Part shown: positions 9,783 through 23,024 of the stretch, in pieces
Position numbering within the stretch: the first letter of the stretch is position 1
Layout of the letters: each line of letters starts with the position of its first letter
DNA from: Centroscyllium fabricii
Lineage: Eukaryota
NCBI GenBank assembly: GCA_051313645.2
Contig: JBNRSN020000004.1
Span: 186,248,001 to 186,312,000 of the forward strand
Length of the DNA stretch: 64,000 bases
Reading direction: 5' to 3'
Notes under the pieces: generated by a model
The model's input: the letters and a program-made list of their open reading frames with translations, nothing else
The model's database searches: none
What the model was told of the DNA's origin: nothing
Program-made: the position numbers and the translations under genes

Positions 9783-10727
9783 CAGGTTGAGCACCGTTAA
9801 TCCGGTAACCGAATAACCGGCAGCTTCAGTCTGCCGGCACAAATTGCCCCGACTGCACTGCGCATGCGCAAAATGGCAGCCGCCATCGTGGCTTCAACGA
9901 ATGATCTGCGCATGCGCCGAGCGCATGCGCAGATCATTCAAAACAGCTGCGGGTGTTTTGAATGATCTGCGCATGCGTCGCCGGAAGGTTAGCGCATGCG
10001 CAGATAATTCAATACGGCCGCCGGTTATTTTATCGATAACTGTAATTGAAGCCATGATGTGGAGGTGCTGGTGTTGGACTGGGATGGACAATTGTAAGAA
10101 GCCGCACATCACCAGGCTGTAGTCCAAAAGTCCCACTCGAAATCACGGGTCTTCGGAGCGCCGCTCCCCCAAGCGGCGCTCCGAAAGCCCGTGACCCCAA
10201 CTAAAACCGTTGGACCACAGCCTGGCGCCGTGTGACCTCTTACAGAGCAAAACGGGATTGGATAAATTGCCCCCCCGCCGACCCGCGCCACCCTCCTTTC
10301 CCCGGACCCGCGCCACCCTCCTTTCCACCCCCCCCCGGACCCGCGCCTTCCTCCCCCTCCCCCCCCCGGACCCGCGCCTTCCTCCTCCCCCCCCCCGGAC
10401 CCGCGCCTTCCTCCTCCCCCCGGACCCGCGCCTTCCGCGCCACGCCACCCTCCTGCCTCCCCCCGCAAGACCGGCCTTTCACTGCTGCCCGACAGCCCTA
10501 AAACCTAAACGGAACGCCACAAAAGCCTGAGCCCATCAAAAAACTTCGCGGCGGCCAATATTGGACGATCTGCGCATGCGCGCGCCAGCCAATACCAATG
10601 TTGCGCGCATGCGCGCTGCCATTGTGCCTGGTGCGCATGCGCAGTGTCCAAACTCGTTCTCCCGGTTTTTTCCATTTCCCGGCACGGGCCTGGTCCCGCC
10701 CGTGCCGGATTAACGGTGCTCAACCTG
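9783..10727. mobile_element. Tigger-like MITE
   Basis: TIR CAGGTTGAGCACCGTTAATCCGG at both ends; TA TSD; internal TGCGCATGCGCA repeats, C-rich tandem repeat 10270-10465, embedded Penelope fold-back 10055-10243. Confidence 0.85.
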
Positions 10728-10729
10728 TA

Positions 10730-11125
10730 GTGAGTTGTTATGATCTGGAATGACTATCTAAAAGTGAGGTGGATGCAGTTTCAGTAGTAAGTTTCAAAAG
10801 GGAATTGGATATATACTTGAAAAGGAGAAATGTGCTGGGCTATGGGGAAAGAGCAGGGGAGTGGGAGTATTTGGACAGCTCTTTCCAAAAGCCAGCATAG
10901 GCATGATGGGCCGAATGGTCTCCTTCTATGCTGTATAATTTTGTGATTCTATAACAGAGACTTCTGTCCAAAGATGTGCGGGTTAGGTTGATTGGCCATG
11001 ATAAATTGACCCTTAGTGTTAGGGAGATTAAATATGTGGGGTTACGGGGATAGGGTGGGATATGTTTTGGTGCAGGCTCGATGGGCCGAAATGGCTTCTA
11101 TCTGCACTGTAGGGATTCTATGAAT
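10730..11125 (+). mobile_element. CR1 3' end plus HE1-like SINE fragment
   Basis: GATGGGCCGAATGG stem and TTCTAT tails; GTCCAAAGATGTGCGGGTTAGG shared with the SINE at 46179. Confidence 0.6.
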
Positions 11126-11606
11126 ATGGTCTCCAAGCAGCAAATGAGACAGATGACCACTTCACCGGTTTTTGGTGTGCTCGTTGAGGGAGATCAGTTG
11201 GTTAGATCATGGGAGAACACACTTCTCATCATTAAATAATGCCATGGGCTCTTTTAAGTTCTCAATTTAACAACTCATCCAAAACATAGCACCTTCTACA
11301 ATGCAGTACTCCCTTTGGTATTGCACTGAAAGGTTTTTTGTGGATTGAATCCATAACATTCTGACCCTGAGGCAAGAATGCTACTGACCGGGCTAAGCTG
11401 ACACATGTACATTAGCAGAGTCAGATGGTTCTAATTTTTAGCACTCACATATCAATTTTTTAAAATAAAATTCTGGCTACATTTACAGTTTTGAAAACAA
11501 ATATTTATTGCATAAATGCAGTTGTAATGATATTTGCAACTCAGTCTACATTACAGTAAGCCTGATATCGGTAGTGGGGAAGATGCTGGAGTCCATAATA
11601 AAGGAT

Positions 11607-11792
11607 AAATGCAAGAAGTCACACAACACCAAATTATAGTCCAACAGTTTTATTTTAAATCACAACTTTCACCTGACGAAGGGGCAAAAACTCCGAAAGC
11701 TTGTGACTTAAAATAAAACTGTTGGACTATAATCTGGTGTTGTGTGACTTCTTGCATTTGTCCACCCCAGTCCAACACCGGCACCTCCACAT
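11607..11792 (+). mobile_element. Penelope fold-back mini-insertion in CR1
   Basis: 13-bp direct repeat CATAATAAAGGAT at 11594-11606 and 11793-11805; ~60-bp inverted arms; ends in ...CCTCCACATCAT like 44400-44533. Confidence 0.8.
11669..11706 (+). ncRNA. Minimal type I hammerhead ribozyme (Penelope-associated)
   Basis: TCAC-CTGACGA-stem II-GAAA-GCTT-GTGA; core boxes and TCAC/GTGA stem I. Confidence 0.6.
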
Positions 11793-14700
11793 CATAATAA
11801 AGGATGTAATAGCTGAGCACTTGAAAATCAGTGGCAGGATCGGACGAAGTCAACATGGATTTACAAAAGGTAAATCGTGCTTGACTAATCTACTGGAATA
11901 TTTTGAGGATGTAACTGGGAAAATAAATCAGGGAGAACCAGTAGATGTGGTGTATTTAGACTTTCAGAAGGTGTTCGACAAGGTCCCACACAAGAGTTTA
12001 GCATGTAAAGTTAGGGCACATGGGATTAGGGGCAAGGTATTGACTTGGATTGAGAATTGGTTGGCGGACAGAAAGCAGAGAGTAGGAGTAAATGGGTCTT
12101 TTTCCGAGTGGCAGGCAGTGACTAGTGGGTACCGCAGGGATTGGTCCTGGGACCCCAGCTATTCACAATATACATTAATGATTTAGAAAAGGGAACTAAA
12201 TGTAATGTCTCCAAGTTTGCAGATGACACAAAGCTGAGAGGGCGTGTGTGCTGCGATGAGGGTACCAGGAAGCTCCAGGATGATATGGATAGGTTGGGCG
12301 AGTGGGCTGAGACGTGGCAAATGCAGTATAATGTGGATAAATGCGAGGTTATCCACTTAGGGGGAAAAAACAGAAATGCCGATTATTATCTGAATGGCAA
12401 TAGATTGGGAGAAGGGGAAGTACAATGAGACCTGGGTGTCCTTGTGCACCAGTCACTGAAGATGAGCATGCAGGTGCAGCAGGCGGTTAAGAAGGCAAAT
12501 GTTATGTTGGCCTTCATAGCGAAAGGGTTCGAGTACAGGAACAGGGAGGTCTTGCTGCAGTTGTACAGGGCTTTGGTGAGACCACACCTTGAGTACTGTG
12601 TGCAATTTTGGTCTCCTTATCTAAGGAAGGACATTCTTGCCATGGAGGGAGTGTAGAGAAGATTCACCAGGCTGATACCTGGGATGGCAGGAATGACGTA
12701 TGAGGAGAGACTGGGTAGACTGAGTTTGTACACTCTGGAGTTTAGAAGATTGAGAGGGGATCTCATCGAAGTGTATAAAATTCTAACTGGTCTGGACAAA
12801 CTTGATGCAGGAAGAATGTTCCCGATGATCGGATAGTCCAGAACCAGGGGTCATAGTCTAAGGATAATGGGTAACTTATTTAGGAAAGAGATGAGGAGAA
12901 ATTTCTTCACCCAGATAGTGGTGAACCTGTGGAATTCTCTGCCACAGAGGGCAGTGGAGGCTAGTTCATTTAATATATTCAAGAAGGAGCTGGATGTATT
13001 TCTTAAGGCTAGAGGGATCAAGGGATATGGGGAGAAGGCAGGGACAGGGTACTGAGTTTGGATGATCAGCCATGATCTCATTGAATGGCGGAGCAGGCTC
13101 GAGGGGCCGAATGGCCTGCTCCTGCTCCTATCTTCTATGTTTCTCTGTTTCTATTTACATGTGAATAACATAGTCTGCTTATCTTCTTACTCAGAATTGA
13201 AAGGAACATGTGTTTCTATCCAAAACACAAAGGTGAATATTATCACAGTTTGAAAACTTTATGGTGTGTAGTTTTATAAAGTAGCCTCATTCAGTTGTTT
13301 GTGCATAGTTCAATGATCATTGTGCAGTTGCCAACAATGTGGCCTAAGACTGGCATTAATTTCATTATCATAGAATCTTACAGCACAGAAGGAGGCCATT
13401 TGGCCCATCAAAACTACACTTAGTTAAATACACAGTGGCCTTAGCAAATGAAATGTCAGGACTCCCTAGTGTGGCGGATTTGGGTGAGAAAAGACTGGAT
13501 AATTGGAAACGCAGATATTTTTAACCTTATTTGCATACATATTATATATTTTACATTGACATGTAAAAGGAACAACAAAAGTCAATTGACCATGGGGAAT
13601 TCCCAGAAAGCAGCCGTAACATCATATAATTTACAGGCTAAATTAAAATAATTTGATCTTTGACAGGGAAGAAATGCCAAACAGTTGGGGGTCCACTGCA
13701 AAATCTGGTGCACAGCATTTGAATTCTAACTAATTCATGTCAGTCACATCTTTATACATATTTAAGTATGTCTCATGCAAGTTATGATAAATATGCAATC
13801 TAATGCCCCCTGTGGTTAATTTAAAAGGGTCTGGGGTCTCCTAAACTAACTGAGATGACTTAAATAAGAAAAAAAGTGTGGTGTGAGATAAAAGTCGCTG
13901 GTTAGGGCTTCCATTAACACCCAATATTGAACTCAGCAGGTAATTTTCTGCTGTAATTATTGGACTAAGCCGTGGCTTCCCACAGTCTACTTATTGGATT
14001 AAAAAAAAGCTAAAATGCATCACCACATTGTTAAAGCTAAAAAAGCAGTAATATTTTTATAATATTTATTAAGAGCATATTGGAAATATAAAAATTCACA
14101 TCTGTCAAAGCCTGCTTTACCTTCCCTAGATTTTCCTTCCAACCCGCCTTTAGAATTTCTTGATGACAATTTGTTGTTGGTTGCTGCAGGCATTTCCCCA
14201 ACCCCCCCTCTACTGATAAGAAATAACACTTGGCTATAGTAATAGTTGTCCCCATTGCTTTGCTACTTCTGCCACTCTGAAGTGATAATAAACGTTGAAA
14301 TGGTTTCATTTGTTGTGTGGTTTCGTAAATCTTATTTGAAATCTATTTAAAGCGTTGAGCTCAGCTGTTTCTGATGACACCTGAAAAATAACTGGGTTAA
14401 TCCTTTTGAGGATTTCTCAGCATTCAAAACAAAATTCAGAAAAATATATATGGGTAAACAAATTAAAAAGAAAAGTGCTTGCAAAGCACTTTCAGGAAGA
14501 TGGAGGGGCAGATGTTCTTCTTTTGCACTTGGGTGTAAATAATCAGCTGGACGGAGAGCGTAGACAAAAATCAGGCCAGGAGGATCTCCTCCCATAATGA
14601 GCCTGCCTATCTTTTAGTCTATTTAAATTAATTGAAAATCAGGCAGCCTCTGTTATGGGCATGTGATCCTTCTTAACTGATTTCCTCTATGTACTCTGCC

Positions 14701-14835
14701 AAGGCAATTACTTATGTCTCAGCACAAAGGATTAAAATCTGCCACAGTGTCTCATGTAGGCCTGTGGAAACATTTGGATTTGATTTTTCTTTTTAAAAAA
14801 AGGCCTATCAAATGTCACCTGTAAATTGGATAGAA

Positions 14836-15420
14836 TGGGCCCAAAATTCTACCCACTTCGAGGTCATGGCACTGACCCTGCCATAAATTGCAGTCAGCTA
14901 ATTTAAATACTCAGAACGGGTGCAGACAGCTTAAATAAAGCCTACAATGCCTCCAGAACACGAGTAGAGAGGAAAGCTGGAGGTACGGAAGGGGTGGGGA
15001 GGAGAAGTGGCTGAGTGGAGGCCAGGAAATACCTGAAGAAGAGGCAGAGGCCTGGTGCAGCTGCAGCACATACAGCCCCCGACTCCTGTGCAGTGCAAGA
15101 AGAAGTTTAATGGCCTCATCAGAGCAGCCAACATAAGTGACCTTCTTCCTCCGACCTTTCTTTGCAGTCACTTCATATGTGTGGCATTCATTCATTCATT
15201 TGGCACACAGTGCTAGGGAAGTCAGATGTGAAACTGGGACCTGACAGTGGAGAACAGATGGGATCAAAACGGTCATCATACTCACATGGAGGCACTGAGG
15301 ACCATCTCTGAGGTCTTAAGAAATGGCAGGGGTCATGGCAAAGTTCAATGCTATCTTCAATATCAAGAAGAATTCAACACAATGAAGTGCTACCTGGAGT
15401 AGGTGGTGGCACCATCTGTA
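14836..15420 (+). pseudogene. Highly decayed Harbinger Myb/SANT remnant
   Basis: GGGCCCAAAATT-type terminus at ~14837; TPVQCKKKFNGLIRAA at ~15080-15130; right boundary uncertain. Confidence 0.4.
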
Positions 15421-16424
15421 TCTGACCACCACCACACCCCCCTCCAACTCCCTCCACCCACTGCTTGACAGTGAGGCCTCTAGACCAGAGACCTTAACCA
15501 CTGGCCTTCAAGCCATTTATGATGGAAAATGGCTTCTGAGAGCTTCAGGGCATTAACTCTCAGAATCTGCAGAATCTATCTGATACCATCAGGTATACCT
15601 GCCTGCTAATCAGTGGGCATTCAGATCCAGGTCTCAGCACATGTGGCATAGCTAGAGTATGTCTTTATGATGGAACCCTTTTTCCTGGTGACTGCTCATG
15701 CGATCTTCCTAACCAGCCCCCTCAGTTGCCTGCTAATGTTGGTGCCAGGATATAAGACCAGGCTGCCCAATCACCAGCCATGGCAATGCAGCCTTCCAAA
15801 GAGTCATCCCAAGACTCAGAAGCCATGAGAAATGGTCAACACTGTCCAAAGAGGCTCATAATATTACAGCACACCAAAGCATCACTGGTGTCCCTGGCTT
15901 TGAAGTATTACCTCAACACAGCACCAGGATAGGTTTAAGACCAGTACAGAAAGAAACTAACGGTAGACATGTTGTTAATAATAAGCACTTGCTATAAATA
16001 TATACGTACACAGTGAAACCACTTTCTGATATGAAGTTCACGATTCTGAATTTAGACTGCGCTTTGTTATTTGTGTTTGGCAGGGTTTGGCAGTCAGTTT
16101 GCAATAGGAGACAGTTTAAGGTGGTAGATGGGGTGCCAATCAAGCGGGCTGCTTTGTCCTGTATGGTGTTGAGCTTCTTTAGTGTTGTTGGAGCTGCACT
16201 TATCCAGGCAAGTGGAGAGTATTCCATCACACTCCTGACTTGTGCCTTGTAGGTGGTGGAAAGGCTTCATGACAGAAGCGTGGGAAGCAATACATTTCCC
16301 TGCATCAAACTGTTGAAAGGCAGATTGCAGAATCCTGTCTTAGATGCACAGCTTAAAAAAATACTTTTCTAATTGCCGACAAAGTTTGTGGACATTCAAG
16401 ATCGGTGAACTCAATCATTTCAAC

Positions 16425-16875
16425 CACGGAAGCTCACCGTAAACTCGAGGAACAGCGCCTCATCTTCCGATTACGCACTTTATAGCCTTCTGGACTCAAT
16501 ATCGAGTTCAACAACTTCAGACCATAACCTCAGCCCCATTATTATTTTATCCTCACTTTTGGTTTGTGACTTTTCCCTTTTTCTCTCTTTCCCCCACATG
16601 GCAGCTGTCTTTCACTCTGCCAGCACATTTCACACTTCATTGTTTGTTTGTTTACCTGTCCTATTCTATCTCATCTCACCTTGAATATCTCTGAATGTCT
16701 CTTCTTTCAGCCCCTCCCCTATGTCCCAGCCCCAACACTGCCTTGTGTTTCACTTCATGCCTTCTCTCCCAGTTCTGTTGAAGGGTCATCGACCCGAAAT
16801 GATAACTCTGTTTCTCTCTTCACCGATGCTGCCTGTCCTGCTGAGTTTTTCCAGCATTTTCTGTTGTTATTTCAA
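16425..16875 (+). mobile_element. Penelope-like 3' fragment with degenerate hammerhead (~16772-16806)
   Basis: EAHRKLEEQRLIFRLRTL*PSGLNIEFNNF; CTGTTGAAGGGTC-ATC-GACCC-GAAA. Confidence 0.65.
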
Positions 16876-17142
16876 TCATTTCTTGGTTTGACAAGTCATG
16901 GAGGTAAAGTAGCCCTCTTTTCCACAGGCTTAACTTAAGTTAGGTGCAATTCTGGTGTAAATGGTGGTATTTCTGGGACAACAGCTTTTACCTTCATGGT
17001 TTTTTGTTATTCATCTTGGGATGTGGGTGTTGCTGACAAGAATGACATTTATCGTCCATCCCTAGTTTCCCATAAAAAGTTTGATACAACTGAATGGTTT
17101 GCTCGGCCACTTCAGAGGGCAGTGAAAAGTCAATCACGGTAT

Positions 17143-20100
17143 TGTGGCGGCACGCCCACTGGGACACCGAATCGGCCACGGGAACTCCGCGGAGCAAAGC
17201 CCCGCTCATCCGGGTGACGCGACGACGTCACCACGCCTGCCGACGCGATGACGTCACCAACCGCGGGACAGTTTAAATATGCTCGTTGCGAGTGGTTCAC
17301 TCTCTTTCTTGTTTAGCTCTAGTGTAATAAAGTTGTGTTTTCTCTAGCTCTCTGGCTCACGTGTGGTTCCTAGGCCTTGCCGGCGCTACAGTGGTGACCC
17401 CGAATTGGAACGACTTCCAAAGAAGAAAAGCTGCCGCAGGATCTGGGACCACCAGCCAAAGAACTTTCTAAACAGAAAACATGGCAAGAGCAAGGAACAA
17501 AGCTCCACGAACGCAAGGACTTGGCCAGAACTTCGGACATGGACTAACTCTACCCGAGTTCTGGGAGCAACGGCCAGCGGCCTGGTTTATGTGCATCGAG
17601 ACCAGCTGCCGCACACATGGCATCAAGGGGGACGACCGCTACGACCTGGTGTTCTCAGCCCTACCGCAATCGACGATCGATCGGATGTGGTCAAAAATAC
17701 AGTGTGTGCCCACTACAGGCAGGTACGAATCCCTTAAGGCCGCGCTTATAATTTTTTTTACCCCCTCTCAATTTGAGCGCGACTGCCAGCTCCTTGACCT
17801 CCCCGAACTCGGGGACGCAGACCCATCGGACCTCCTAGGTCAGATGCAAGCGCTCACACCCAATCCCGTCTCCCTGTTCCGCACCATCTTCCTCCTTAAA
17901 CTGCCCCGCTCCATCAGACCGGCCTTGGCGGCCCTTGGCCAACGGAGCGACGACGAGCTCGCAGAGGAAGCCGACAGGCTGATGGAGGCGCAGCGCACCC
18001 GCTCCACCACGTGCGACCCTAACTCCGCATCAGTAGAGCGCAGCCAATCACCCCCCAGGCCTAACTTTACACCTGAACCTAGGGCCCTGCGCCCACCTAA
18101 GCAACCGCGTCCCTCTAGCACCGGCTGGTGCTACTACCACACGCGGTTCGATAACAAAGCGCACCGCTGCGTCCAGCCATGCACGTTCAAGCCACGGCCC
18201 AACTCAGCCCCCACCATGTCTGTAGGCCACACAGGAGCACTGCTCTTTGTTACGGACAGAGGCACAGGCCTTAGGTTCCTCTGCAACACAGGCGCGCAGC
18301 ACAGCATCGTGCCAGCCTCCCGAGCAGAAACCAAACAAGGCACTCGGGGCCCGCCACTAGCAGCGGCCAACGGCTCCAGTATTAAAACGTACAGCACCCG
18401 CAAGCTTACTATTACACGTGCAAGCCACACGTACACCTGGGATTTCGTTACAGCCCAGGTCACATCGCCCCTCCTCGGGGCAGATTTCCTCTGCGCCTAC
18501 GGCCTACTGGTCGACGTAACCCGGTGCTGCTTGGTCAACATGAATACCATGACGACCATCCCATGCTCCACAGGGCCCGCACTCCTGGCCCACGCGGCAG
18601 CCCAATGACGCTCACGGAACTCAGATGCCTATGGCACACTACTTGCAGAGTTCCCCGCCCTAACCAACCCCACGTTCACCGCCCGACAGGCCAAACACGG
18701 GGTGGAACACTTTATAACGACCACAGGCCCTCCCGTCCATGCCCACGCCCGTAGGCTCGACCCGGCCAAGCAGGAGATCGCGCGCGCCGAGTTCCGCACC
18801 ATGGAGCAACTCGGCATTATCCGCCGCTCCAACAGCCCCTGGGCCTCTCCCCTCCACATAGCCCCCAAGCCAGACGGGGGTTGGCGCCCCTGCGGCGACT
18901 ACCGCCGCCTAAACAACGCCACTACCCCGGATAGGTACCCCGTACCCCACATCCAGGATTTTTCCGCCAGATTAGCGGGCTGTACGATCTTTTCCAAGAT
19001 CGACCTGGTGCGTGGCTACCACCAGGTTCCGGTGCACCCGGCGGACATTCCTAAAACGGCCGTTATCACCCCCTTCGGGCTCTTCGAGTTCCTTAGGATG
19101 CCCTTCGGCCTTAAAAACGCGGCCCAGGCCTTCCAGCGCCTCATGGACTCGGTCCTACGGGACTTGAAGTTCATTTTCGTCTATTTAGACGACATCCTCG
19201 TGGCCAGCACCTCCCACCAGGAGCACCTCCTGCACCTCAGGACCCTGTTCCAGCGCCTGGCCGAACATGGCCTTATATTAAGCCCCACCAAGTGCAAATT
19301 CGGCCTCGATACTATTGACTTCCTCGGCCACCGCATTTCCCAAACAGGGGCCATACCCCTGCCCTCCAAGGTGCAGGCGGTACAGAAATTCCCCCGCCCG
19401 CACTCTATTAAAGGGCTGCAGGAATTCCTGGGCATGGTTAATTTTTATAACCGCTTTATCCCGGGAGCAGCCGCTCTCATGGCCCCCTTATACCAGGCCA
19501 CCCGCGGGCAGTCCAACAAGGCTGCGGTCGAGTGGACGGCCGACGCCACCACCGCCTTCACCGCAACTAAAACTGCCCTGGCAAATGCCACCCTCCTAGC
19601 CCACCCTAGGCCCAACGCCAGAGTAGCCCTCACCACCGACGCCTCCGACCACGCGGTCGGGGCCGTATTTGAGCAGTGGACCGGCAACTCGTGGCAACCC
19701 CTGGCCTTTTTCAGCCGGCAACTCCGGCCCCCAGAGGTTAAATACAGCGCCTTCGATAGGGAGCTCCTCGCTCTCCATCTGGCAGTGCGACACTTTAGTT
19801 TCCTCTTGGAGGGCCGCCACTTCACAGCCTTCGTCAATCATAAGCCACTCACGTTTGGATGGCTAAGGTCGCCGAACCCTGGTCGGCCAGGCAGCAGCGC
19901 CAACTCGCGGCCGTGTCGGAATTTACGACTGACATCCAACACATATCCGGCCGCGACAACGTGGTCGCTGACTGCCTCTCACGCCCCACCATTAACGCCG
20001 CCCAAATGGCGGTCGATTACGCCCAGCTGGCCGCTGACCAGCTGGCCGACCCGGACCTGCTCAACGCAGCAGCAAATCTCCCTGGCCTCCACTTGGCCAA

Positions 20101-21597
20101 TATCGCACACGGCCCCGCTGCCACCGTCGTCTGCTGCGACGTATCCCTGCCGCAGCCCAGGCCCGTCGTCCCCCACGCTTGGAGGCGACACATATTCAGG
20201 ACCCTCCACGACCTGTCCCACCCCGGCACCCACGCGTCCATCAAATTAGTCTCGGCCCGGTTTGTATGGCGCGGCCTGCGCAAGGACGTTCGCGCCTGGG
20301 CCAGCTCCTGCTTTGCCTGCCAGCGCTCCAAAGTGCATAAGCACATCAGGGCACCGCTGGAAACTTTTAAAGTACCGGCCAGACGCTTTGACCACGTCCA
20401 TATCGATTTTGTCGGGCCACTACCTCCATCCCGGGGCCACACGCACGTGATGACCATGGTCGACCGCAACACCCGCTGGCCAGAAGCAGTCCCCTTCACC
20501 GCCACCGGCACCACGGACTTGGCCAGGGCATTTATCGCCACCTGGGTCGCCCGCTTCGGCGTGCCCACCGACATCACCTCCGACAGAGGACCCCAGTTCA
20601 CGTCAGCATTATGGGCGGCCATCGCCCGCGACCTCGGGGTAACGCTACATCGAACCACCGCATACCACCCACAGGCGAACGGGCTATGCGAACGGTTCCA
20701 CCGCTCAATGAAGGCATCGCTACGAGCCACTCTCAAGGACGCGTCGTGGACCGACCATCTCCCATGGGTTCTCCTCGGGCTGCGCTCGGCAGTCAAGGAG
20801 GACCTCAACGCCTCGGCAGCTGAACTCGTCTACGGCCAAACATTAACAGTGCCGGGCGAGTTCCTAGCTGAGCCCAACGCTCCCTGGTCAGCCGACCAGT
20901 ATTTAAAAGACTTCGCCAACCCGGCACGAGCTTTCCAGCCACTACCAGTGGCCCGGCACGGAGAGCCGGCAGCTCGGGTGCCGGACGGCATCAAAAACGC
21001 TAAATTCGTGTTCGTCCGGCGCGACGGACACTGATCTCCACTACAGCCACCGTATGATGGCCCCTACAGAGTGCTTCGGGTGGGAGCTAAAGCTTTTGAA
21101 CTACAAATGGGCAATAGAACTGAAACAGTGACAATAGACCGGCTCAAGCCGGCACACGTTATAGCGGGCGAGACGACTGTCCCCGCACAACCACCACAAC
21201 GCGGTCGCCCTCCCGCAACAAAACCCGCCCACACTCCACCGCAGAACCAGAAGCAACGAGCAACACGGTCCGGCCGCATCATCCGGCCACCCGAACGGCA
21301 CACATAGACTCTGTTACTATTCCTCCCGGACGGATTCTGGGGGGAGCTGTGTGGCGGCACACCCACTGGGACACCGAATCCGCCACGGGAACTCCGCGGA
21401 GCAAAGCCCCGCTCATCCGGGTGACGCGACGACGTCACCATGCCTGCCGACGCGATGACGTCGCCAACCGCGGGACAGTTTAAATATGCTCGTTGCGAGT
21501 GGTTCACTCTCTTTCTTGTTTAGCTCTAGTGTAATAAAGTTGTGTTTTCTCTAGCTCTCTGGCTCACGTGTGGTTCCTAGGCCTTGCCGGCGCTACA
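17143..21597 (+). mobile_element. CsRn1-clade Gypsy LTR retrotransposon, copy E1
   Basis: 248-bp LTRs 17143-17390 and 21350-21597; 4-bp TSD GTAT; PBS TGGTGACCCCGA 17392-17403 (tRNA-Trp); CHCC Gag knuckle CYYH..C..PC. Confidence 0.93.
17481..21307 (+). pseudogene. gag-pol of E1 (stop 18606, frameshift ~19857, stop 21032)
   Basis: Gag, protease (C-N-TGA, catalytic Asp mutated), YLDD RT, TDASD RNase H, HHCC/DDE integrase, PPYDGPY. Confidence 0.9.
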
Positions 21598-22664
21598 GTA
21601 TCCTGTCTTGTGCACATAGGCACCACTTTGGTTGACTGGCATATCTTCCACTAGCTGCCAATTCTACCAGAAATTAGTGCACATTTGAAAACATTGTTAC
21701 TTGGCATATCTGCTGTAAACAAATTCTGGTCTGATATGCCTGAACAATGCCCCTTTTACACCAAAAACATGGGGAATCTTGGGCTCCATCTTATTTAATT
21801 ATCTTTTTGCATATGTTTATTCCCTTGCCACAACTTTCACTCCTTTTCTCAAGGTACTGACTCCTGCTGCGATACGATTCCATTGGTGCAGCTTCATTTC
21901 ATACGCTGCCCAAGTGCTCAGTCTTCAAGTGTGACTATGTGAAGGGCACCACAACTGTGCCTAATTCAATCCTTGGGGCATCACAGTGGAGCAGTATTCA
22001 GCCTATGCAAACATGCACTTTCCAGCAGGGATCAATGGATGGTAGTGAGAAAGTTCGAACCTTAGTTTAGTTTACTTGTGCTTAGCTCAGGGACACTAAG
22101 ACCTAACACTTTTTTAACTAAAGGCCCTGTCACACCTTGACGTTTTAGCTTGCGTATGCAAATTTGGCCGATACGCTGGTATACGTTGGACAAGTAATGG
22201 GTACGTTATGCATACGGTAAGAGCATGTTGGCTTACGCTGACCATAAGGCATATACGTCGTATAAGTGGTGATTTTTTGTGCATGCACAAAAAATCACGA
22301 CGTATAAATGTAACTATTTATACGTTCATCATACGCTGAGCATACGTTGTAGGCACGTTAGCCAGACGTTAGTCATACGTCAAAACACGTCGAGATAATG
22401 CCTATTTTTCCAGGAACTTATGTCTAACCTATGAGTAACGTGTTTTGAACTTATGTGTAACGTCTCTCCAACGTATTTGACGTCTTCCGGACGTCCACAG
22501 AACTTACTGAACGTGTTTCTAACTTACAGCTCCTGAGGAACATCTGAAAAAGCCTTTTTTCCCCACTCACTCTCTCTCTCTCTCTCTCCATTATATTATT
22601 GTACCTTTTCCAAAGTGTATGAATTTATTATTGTAAATTATTGTTTATGATTTAAATATTAAAA

Positions 22665-22918
22665 CAAGACAAACATCAAGAGTTTACTCAACTTTTATTA
22701 AATAACTTAACATAACAGGAACAAACATCAATAGTTTACTCAACTTTTATTAAATAACTTAACATAACAGGAACAAACATCAATAGTTTACTCAACTTTT
22801 ATTAAATAGCTTAACATAACAGGAACAAACATCAAGAGTTTACTCAACTTTTATTTTAATAACTTAACAGGAACAAACATCAAGAGTTTACTCAACATTT
22901 ATTAAATAACTTAACATG
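22665..22918. repeat. ~53-bp AT-rich tandem repeat (about 4-5 units) downstream of the MADF gene
   Basis: Repeated ACAAACATCAAkAGTTTACTCAACTTTTATTAAATAACTTAACATAACAGGA. Confidence 0.9.
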
Positions 22919-23024
22919 ATAACAATGGTCTAAAAAGGTACAGACAAAATGGTTAAAACAATCTTACTGAAACATCAAAACTATATACAAAATTGCACAA
23001 ACATGTCAAGAACATTGTCACCGT

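Larger units (their letters stand above)
11558..13155 (+). mobile_element. CR1 LINE, 5'-truncated RT pseudogene
   Basis: QHGFTKGKSCLTNL, YLDFQK, KFADDTK, RPHLEYCVQFW; (TTCTATGT)n tail. Confidence 0.9.

Noticed and set aside
10109-10530. Gly/Arg/Pro-rich ORFs
   Set aside because: Artefacts of a GC-rich tandem repeat inside a MITE
20017-20808. Long antisense ORFs over Gypsy pol (also 52314-53411)
   Set aside because: Expected shadow ORFs of GC-rich coding sequence; boundaries differ between E1 and E2
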